64,000 nucleotides of DNA from positions 394,347 to 458,346 of the forward strand of contig DYIU01000003.1 in NCBI GenBank assembly GCA_020723485.1, given 5' to 3'. The translations under genes and the position numbers were made by a program. Below are positions 58,374 through 64,000 of the stretch, one piece after another; within the stretch, counting starts at the first letter, position 1, and every line of letters starts with the position of its first letter. The notes beneath the pieces were generated by a model, which saw only the letters and a list, made by a program, of their open reading frames with translations, searched no databases and had not been told where the DNA came from. The DNA is from Acidimicrobium ferrooxidans. GTDB lineage: Bacteria > Actinomycetota > Geothermincolia > Fen-727 > Anoxymicrobiaceae.

Positions 58374-59955
58374 GCGCCCTCCTCTCGTCGGAACGGGCCG
58401 CCTCCGCCAGTCGTATCGCCCGCGTCAGCGCCCCGGCTTTGCTCTCCGTCTCGCGCCTCTCTCCCGCCGGGTCGGAATCGGCGACGACTCCGGCCCCGGC
58501 CTGGACGCTGGCCACTCCGTCCTGAACGGTGACGGTCCTTATCGCTATGCAGGTATCCATGTCGCCGGAGTAGCTCACGTAGCCGACCGCGCCGGCGTAA
58601 GGGCCCCGCGCGTCCGGCTCGAGCTCGTCGATTATCTGCGCGGCCCGCACCTTGGGCGCCCCGACCACGGTGCCGGCCGGGAACGTCGCCTTGAGAAGCT
58701 CGTAGTTTCCGCGCCCCTCCTCCAGCCGCCCCTCTACCTCGCTCACCATGTGCATGACGTGCGAGAACCGCTCCACCTCCATCATCCTGGTCACCCTCAC
58801 CGTCCCGGGAACAGATACCCGCCCCAGGTCGTTCCGCGCGAGGTCGACCAGCATCACGTGCTCGGCCCTCTCCTTGGCGTCCGCCTTCAGCTCCGCTTCG
58901 AGCCGCGAGTCTTCCACCCGGTCTGAGCCGCGCGGCCTGGTGCCGGCTATCGGCCTGACCGTCGCGGTCCCTCCCCGACGCGTGACCATCGGCTCCGGGC
59001 TGGACCCGACGAGCGTGAGCCCAGGGAGCTCCAGGTAGAACATGTAAGGCGAGGGGTTCCCGGCGCGCAGGTGCCGGTACACGGAGAGCGGGTCGGCGTC
59101 GAACCCGGCAGAGAACCTGCGGGAGACGACCACCTGGAACGCGTCCCCCGCCCTTATGTACTCGAGCGCGTCCGAGACCATCTCCTCGAACCGGCCGCCG
59201 GGCACGCTGCACTCGAACGTCTCCGCCGCCGAGGCGCCGGGGTCATCCTCCTCGAGCCGGATGCCCCCGCCGTCCGGCAGCGGGCGCGCGAGGCTCTCCG
59301 ACATCTCGCGTATCGCCGCCCCCGCCCGCCGGTAGGCCACTGCCCTGTCCTCGGGCGAGCCCCCGGCGTCGGCCAGCGCGCAGAGCCTCATCCGCGAGCG
59401 CAGGTGGTCGAACATGACGAGCCGTTCCGGGAACATGAACGCCATGTCCGGTGCCGTCCCTCCCGGTGCCGTGAGCCTCACGCTCTCGACCAGCGGGAGG
59501 ATACCGTATCCGAAGTACCCGACCGCCCCACCGGCGAACGGCATGTCCCCGGGGACAAGGGCCCTCGTCCCCTCCACCATGTCGAAGAACGCGCGCAGCG
59601 GGTACTCCCCGGGGGCCCGCGGCCCGGAGCCGGACCGCGGGCCGTCGAGACGGAGCTCCCCGCCGGCGAGTGAGACCAGCGTACCGGGCTCGAACCCGAG
59701 GAAGGAGTAACGCCCCAGGGTGCCCCCCTCCGCGCTCTCCAGCATGAAGCACGGACCCCCATCCCTGAGCTTCATGAACGCGGACACCGGCGTCTCCAGG
59801 TCGCTCGAGACCTCCGCCCAGACCATCGCCGCGTCGTACCCCTCCAGCGCCTCGAACTCCTCCCGCCCCGGCCTCAAACGCAAAATCGGGGTCAGGTCAT
59901 TTTGTTGCAGAAATGCGTCGCGCCCGCTGTGACCGGCCATTTCCGGACCATCCAT
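58342..59955 (-). CDS. trpE: Anthranilate synthase component I
   Basis: ETP, LESAE, NPSPYM, SSPE, PIAGTR, KERAEH.MLVDLARND and FPAGT..GAPK motifs. ATG 59955 has a GGAGG RBS. Confidence 0.95.
   Translation of the reverse strand: MDGPEMAGHSGRDAFLQQNDLTPILRLRPGREEFEALEGYDAAMVWAEVSSDLETPVSAFMKLRDGGPCFMLESAEGGTLGRYSFLGFEPGTLVSLAGGELRLDGPRSGSGPRAPGEYPLRAFFDMVEGTRALVPGDMPFAGGAVGYFGYGILPLVESVRLTAPGGTAPDMAFMFPERLVMFDHLRSRMRLCALADAGGSPEDRAVAYRRAGAAIREMSESLARPLPDGGGIRLEEDDPGASAAETFECSVPGGRFEEMVSDALEYIRAGDAFQVVVSRRFSAGFDADPLSVYRHLRAGNPSPYMFYLELPGLTLVGSSPEPMVTRRGGTATVRPIAGTRPRGSDRVEDSRLEAELKADAKERAEHVMLVDLARNDLGRVSVPGTVRVTRMMEVERFSHVMHMVSEVEGRLEEGRGNYELLKATFPAGTVVGAPKVRAAQIIDELEPDARGPYAGAVGYVSYSGDMDTCIAIRTVTVQDGVASVQAGAGVVADSDPAGERRETESKAGALTRAIRLAEAARSDERRAHGRTPGGTDR
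59880..59908 (+). repeat. GGGGTCAGGTC-core repeat inside the trpE 5' coding region
   Basis: GCAAAATCGGGGTCAGGTCATTTTGTTGC, read on the minus strand as QQNDLTPIL. Confidence 0.88.
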
Positions 59956-60001
59956 ACTTCCTCCAAATAGCAAGACCGTGGCTTTGAGTGCCACGGTCGG
60001 T

Positions 60002-60039
60002 AAAAAAAAGCCGCGGCCCTCGATGAAGAGGGCCTGCGG
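60002..60039 (-). terminator. trp attenuator terminator
   Basis: CCGCAGGCCCTC-ttcatc-GAGGGCCGCGG-C-TTTTTTTT on the minus strand. Confidence 0.88.
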
Positions 60040-60079
60040 TTTCTAACTATGTGCGCTCAGGCGCGGCCGCGGTGACCCT

Positions 60080-60136
60080 CTATCGAGGGCCCCACCAGAA
60101 GCTGTGAAGCTTTGCCTTGCCTGATATGTCCTTCAT
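60080..60136 (-). CDS. trpL: trp operon leader peptide MKDISGKAKLHSFWWGPR
   Basis: Tandem TGG TGG codons, followed by alternative hairpins and a U-tract terminator before trpE. Confidence 0.88.
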   Translation of the reverse strand: MKDISGKAKLHSFWWGPR

Positions 60137-60145
60137 GGTCAACGG

Positions 60146-60174
60146 AGTATAGAGGCGGGCGGCCGCGTTGTCAA
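60146..60174 (-). promoter_or_regulatory. trp operon sigma70-type promoter
   Basis: TTGACA(60174-60169)-17-TATACT(60151-60146). Confidence 0.8.
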
Positions 60175-60239
60175 ATCGAACGATGGGAATTGGACACATC
60201 CTCTTACGATTCAACAAGGTCAACAATAAGCCACAGCGG

Positions 60240-60524
60240 TTAGCTCTTCTTGTACGTCTTTTCGTCTCGCTGGCGGATGTACACGATGTAGATGACGTTG
60301 TCGCGGGGCGGGTAATAGACGATGCGCCAACTGCCCTTCCTGGCCCGTCGACAACCCTCCCAGGCACCTTTGAGCTTGCACGTCAGAGCCCGGTCGTAGG
60401 GATCGGCCTGAACAGCCTTGAGCAGCTCGATGATGAGGCCGCGGTCATTCTTACTGATGTTCTTTAATGCCTTGGCGGCAATATTGGAAAACTCTATGCG
60501 GTAGTCCTCAGAGGAGCGACTCAC
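60240..60524 (-). CDS. RelE/ParE-family toxin
   Basis: 'YRIEFS..A.KALK', 'KLKG' and 'RRARKGSWRIVY'; overlaps the antitoxin 3' end. Confidence 0.85.
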   Translation of the reverse strand: MSRSSEDYRIEFSNIAAKALKNISKNDRGLIIELLKAVQADPYDRALTCKLKGAWEGCRRARKGSWRIVYYPPRDNVIYIVYIRQRDEKTYKKS

Positions 60525-60774
60525 CGAAGACCTCTTCGACGGACTTGGTACGTCCTTTCTCAATGTCCTCTCGTCCTGCTTTGAGCATGCCATATGATTC
60601 GAGGTCGCTCATTTCCTCGACCGTGGCGATCAGCGATCGGTATTCTTCTATGCCCATGAGGACCGCCTTCGGTTTCCCTCTGCTATGGATGATGTAAGAC
60701 TCACCCTCGGTTGAGCTCTTGCTCACAACCTCGGAGAGATTAGCCCTCACACTGGCCATATTGATCGCTTTCAT
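60508..60774 (-). CDS. Phd/YefM-family antitoxin
   Basis: '..VRANLSEVV', 'I..RGKPKAVLM.IEEY' and 'GREDIEKGR'. Confidence 0.88.
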   Translation of the reverse strand: MKAINMASVRANLSEVVSKSSTEGESYIIHSRGKPKAVLMGIEEYRSLIATVEEMSDLESYGMLKAGREDIEKGRTKSVEEVFGESLL

Positions 60775-60828
60775 TTCTTACCTCCCCATGCCGGGAGCCG
60801 GAAATCTATAGTACCTTATTTATCACAT

Positions 60829-60854
60829 AATTATGTACTATAATATGTACAATT
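60829..60854. promoter_or_regulatory. Candidate TA autoregulatory operator
   Basis: AATTATGTAC-TATAATAT-GTACAATT (TGTAC/GTACA inverted) in an AT-rich patch upstream of the antitoxin. Confidence 0.6.
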
Positions 60855-61024
60855 ACAAGTGCTTATTGACAAGTGCTCTGCGGCTGCCCTTTCCCTTGCT
60901 GATCCGAGGTCGGTTTCTGGCAGGGTCGAGGTAATAAAACGGGCGCCTGCCTCGTCAAAGAAGGTGCATGCTGTCGTTCAGGCGGAATAGTATACAGATG
61001 AGCCGGCGTTGAAAGGAACGCGCC

Positions 61025-62113
61025 TTGAGGAAATGCAGCGAGTGCGGATTCCCGCTGAAGTTCGCCAGGTATTTCGACTGGCGGAGCGACGGGACCATCA
61101 TCGGGACCCACAGGGTAAAGGGCCAGTCGCGTATCACGTTCCTCGAGTGCGGAGAGCTGGAGGGTCTCTTCAAGGACCTGTCGGTCGTGCTCGGAGTGAG
61201 CATCGACCATATCCTCATAGAGGCTGAGAAGAATATCGGCAAGGCGTTCTACGAGAGCACCCCGCTGCGGTACCTGAGGTTCGCGCCGCACAGCCCCCGG
61301 ATGCGACCGGAATGGGTCTCGAAGGCCTCGGTCAGGATTGTGCGCAACGAAGTGGCCGGCCTTGGTTCGGGCGTCATCAGGGCTGAGAGCTACCACGCCG
61401 GGGAGTCGATGGTCATCAGGATCTCCAACCCGTGTTTCGTCGAGAGGACAGTCGGCAACACCGTCGGCATCTACGAATCGATCGAGCGCGTGCACGGTGT
61501 CGCATACGAGTACTCCATCGAGGGTGGCGACCTGGTCATCAGGATGCGGAACCCCAGCGGCCCGACCGAGACGCTCGCCGACACGCGCCTGGCGCTCGAC
61601 CCGATAATGCCCGCGGAGGGGCCGGTGCGCTTCGACCGCTGCGCGGTCTGCGGAGTGCCGCGCGCCGCCTCGGACTGGTTCCAGTGGGACTTCAGCAGAG
61701 GTTCCATAACAAACCGTGTCACCGGGAAGCGGGAGGTCACCGGCGCCGCGCAGACGGTGAGCGCTATGCTCCGAGAGCTCGAGGCCGAGCTCGGGGAGGA
61801 AGTGCTGGGCCTCCTCTACGACTGCCAGAAGGAGATAACGCACCAGCGCCTGGCGCGCGACTACGGGGAGGCCGGCGCCGATTTCTGGGAGCGTTTCCTC
61901 TTCGAGGGGGCCGTGCGCGGGCTGGGGTACCCCGCAGACCACCGCATTGAGGACAACTCGGTGACGGTGCGCATCATCAACGCCTACCAGCACACTCTCT
62001 ACGCCGCGAAGGTCGCAGCGGCGTTCGAGTTCTCGACCGGCACGCAGTCATCTATCGAATGGGAGACAAGACGCCCCTACATGGCGGCGTTCACCGTATC
62101 GGCCGAGTGTTAG
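61025..62113 (+). CDS. Hypothetical protein with two internally repeated CxxCG-W domains
   Basis: KCSECGFP..FDWRSDGTI and RCAVCGVP..FQWDFSRGSI, each followed by 'G.G' and 'I.I.N'. Confidence 0.75.
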   Translation: MRKCSECGFPLKFARYFDWRSDGTIIGTHRVKGQSRITFLECGELEGLFKDLSVVLGVSIDHILIEAEKNIGKAFYESTPLRYLRFAPHSPRMRPEWVSKASVRIVRNEVAGLGSGVIRAESYHAGESMVIRISNPCFVERTVGNTVGIYESIERVHGVAYEYSIEGGDLVIRMRNPSGPTETLADTRLALDPIMPAEGPVRFDRCAVCGVPRAASDWFQWDFSRGSITNRVTGKREVTGAAQTVSAMLRELEAELGEEVLGLLYDCQKEITHQRLARDYGEAGADFWERFLFEGAVRGLGYPADHRIEDNSVTVRIINAYQHTLYAAKVAAAFEFSTGTQSSIEWETRRPYMAAFTVSAEC

Positions 62114-62118
62114 CACAA

Positions 62119-64000
62119 TCACTGGGGCTGGTAGGCGGCGGCGCCGATGGTGTCGGTGCCTGCGCCCCGGCCGTCCCAGTACATCGACCTCTCCGCCGTC
62201 ACGCTCTTACCCGGAGTAACGCAAGTGACCGCGATGGCCGCCCGTCCCGTGATGCCGCCGTGCTCGAAGAGTCCGAACGTCCGCCTGGCTCCTGCCGGCA
62301 CCGACTCGACGTGATGTAGGTTGCCGTCACCGGTCGGGGTGAGGTAGGAGATCATGACCTGCACCGGGACGTCGTTGGGGTTCGCGACCACGGTCCAGGT
62401 CTCGTATCCTCCTCCAGCCTGACCGTCCGGGAAGTAGAAGGTGCTGTGCGGAGAGCTCATCCCTATCGAGCCGTGACACGCTTCGCCCAGCGGGGTACCC
62501 TCCCCCCAGAACATCGAGCGCTCGGCCACCAGGGGGCGGCTCCCGCTGACACGCGTAGAGAAGTCGGTGCTCGAAAGCCCGGGGACGTCGTTCGCCCTTA
62601 TGGTCTTTCTGGACCTCGCGGGCATCTCGAACGGCTGCTGGGCAAGCGTCCCTCCCGGCGTCATGTAGTTCACGGTTACCGTGTTGGGTTCGCTGTTCGG
62701 GTTCTGTATCACCACGTAGGTCGTGAAGCCCCATGCAGTAGTGCCTTCAGCGAGATAGAAGTCCGACCCCGGTGCCGCAGCGCCGATCGACTCCTGCCCC
62801 TCCCTGCGCTCGTTCCTGTACATCGTACGCTCGGCCACCACCGGTCTGTCTGAGCTCACCTGGACCGAAGCGTCGCCTCTGCCGATGTCCGCCTCCATGC
62901 CGAAGGTCGAGCGCGAGCGGGCGGGCACCGTCTTCCGCACGCTCAACGGACCAGAGCCCTCCACCATGTACGTCAGCACGACGGAGGCCGCGGAGGAGTC
63001 AGGATTCTGCACGCAGGTCCACGTCTCGAACCCCCAGGCGCTCGAGCCGTCCGCCAGGTACCAGGTGCCGGACGGCGCCGTCGCGCCGACCGAGCAGTGG
63101 CCCTCTGGGGCGGGGGCGCCGGGACCGGTCCAGGACATGGTCCTGTCGACAGCGACAGCCTGGCCGCCCGGACAGGTCACCCTCGTGGAGAAATCGGCCT
63201 GGCCTATCGAGCCGAGTATGTAGTCGCTGCCCAGGGTGGTCTGGGAGGAAGCCGGCAGCGTGACGCGGCGTGTCCTGTTCGCTCCCCCGACGGGCATGAA
63301 CGTGACATTCGCGGCCACCCGTTCCGTGTTCGGGTTCAATATCGTGATGTAAGTACTGAAGCCCCAGGCTGTGCTCCCCTCGGCCAGGTACCAGGTCGAG
63401 TTGACGCTGCTCACGGTGAAGGCGCCCGCTCGGGTCGCCGACTTACCGTCCGGGTTCTGCACGAAGAGGTCCCATGCCCCGGGCGCCGCGCCCGCGAGGT
63501 CGAACCCGCACCTTAGACTCGTGTCTGACTCGACCAGTACGCCGGTGGCGACCAGGTCCGCCTGCCCGGGCTTCCGCAGCTTCACGACTGTCGAGCCGAA
63601 AGTCTCGAAACCGGTGCCGGCCACCTGTGCGCTCGCCGCCGTCCCCTGCCTGGCGCTGGACGGGGAGACAGATGTGATGGTCGGGGGAGGATAATCAACC
63701 GTGTAGTCCCTGGAATCGGAGGTGCCGAACGGCGTGGTAACCGTGACCGGCACGGGGCCGGGCATGTTGACCGGCGCCACGCATTGTATTTCGGCACCGG
63801 TCCACGACAGGTACTCGGCGACCTGCTGCGAGCCGAACGAGACGTAGGATGCGCCGCCGTCCGGGCCGAAGTAGTTGCCCGCCAGCGTCACGGTCTCGCC
63901 CACCGGCCCGGTCGAGGGAGATATCGAGTCCAGGGCCGGGCCGCCCATGTAGCCGAGCGCGTCCCGCATGGTCATCACCGGGACGCCCGAGTTCTCGATC
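62119..64000 (-). CDS. Secreted IPT/TIG-domain protein with WYLAEG (DUF5719-like) repeats; 5' end beyond window
   Basis: 'P.LDSISPSTGPVG..V..' IPT domains and YLAEG repeats. The frame stays open to the window edge. Confidence 0.85.
   Translation of the reverse strand, partial: IENSGVPVMTMRDALGYMGGPALDSISPSTGPVGETVTLAGNYFGPDGGASYVSFGSQQVAEYLSWTGAEIQCVAPVNMPGPVPVTVTTPFGTSDSRDYTVDYPPPTITSVSPSSARQGTAASAQVAGTGFETFGSTVVKLRKPGQADLVATGVLVESDTSLRCGFDLAGAAPGAWDLFVQNPDGKSATRAGAFTVSSVNSTWYLAEGSTAWGFSTYITILNPNTERVAANVTFMPVGGANRTRRVTLPASSQTTLGSDYILGSIGQADFSTRVTCPGGQAVAVDRTMSWTGPGAPAPEGHCSVGATAPSGTWYLADGSSAWGFETWTCVQNPDSSAASVVLTYMVEGSGPLSVRKTVPARSRSTFGMEADIGRGDASVQVSSDRPVVAERTMYRNERREGQESIGAAAPGSDFYLAEGTTAWGFTTYVVIQNPNSEPNTVTVNYMTPGGTLAQQPFEMPARSRKTIRANDVPGLSSTDFSTRVSGSRPLVAERSMFWGEGTPLGEACHGSIGMSSPHSTFYFPDGQAGGGYETWTVVANPNDVPVQVMISYLTPTGDGNLHHVESVPAGARRTFGLFEHGGITGRAAIAVTCVTPGKSVTAERSMYWDGRGAGTDTIGAAAYQPQ

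Noticed and set aside
60240..60860. Prophage or genomic-island boundary at the TA pair
   Set aside because: Lower GC, but no integrase, att repeat or tRNA nearby. Treated as a stand-alone TA module.

Overview
A GC-rich bacterial chromosomal window. It most likely comes from an anaerobic, deep-branching Actinomycetota (Ca. Geothermincolia-like); this is inferred from four large secreted proteins with 'W(Y/F)LAEG' repeat modules, many lipoproteins, corrinoid, rubrerythrin and Fe-S genes, and several archaeal-type genes. It contains secreted and surface proteins, hydrolases, a fused methyltransferase-corrinoid protein, and a sulfur operon (cysK-thi4-DUF6775-like-nifS-cysE-mnmA-thiF). It also has a CsoR-controlled copper cassette, metY-metX-metW with a divergent Rrf2 regulator, a binding-protein-linked multi-kinase signalling operon, a complete trpEGDCFBA operon and a Phd/RelE toxin-antitoxin pair. 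The best signals are non-coding. (1) A Met/Cys-codon leader peptide with alternative terminator/antiterminator helices lies upstream of metY, suggesting a methionine-sensing attenuator parallel to a clear trpL attenuator. (2) A dispersed GGGGTCA-core REP/REPIN-like repeat family supplies stop codons to three genes and is translated inside the TrpE N-terminus. (3) There is a c-di-GMP-II riboswitch upstream of an adhesin-like gene. (4) There are two ~160-bp inverted-repeat elements, one of which folds into a 6S-like rod. No tRNA, rRNA, CRISPR array or intact transposase was seen. All family assignments are from motif recognition, not database searches.
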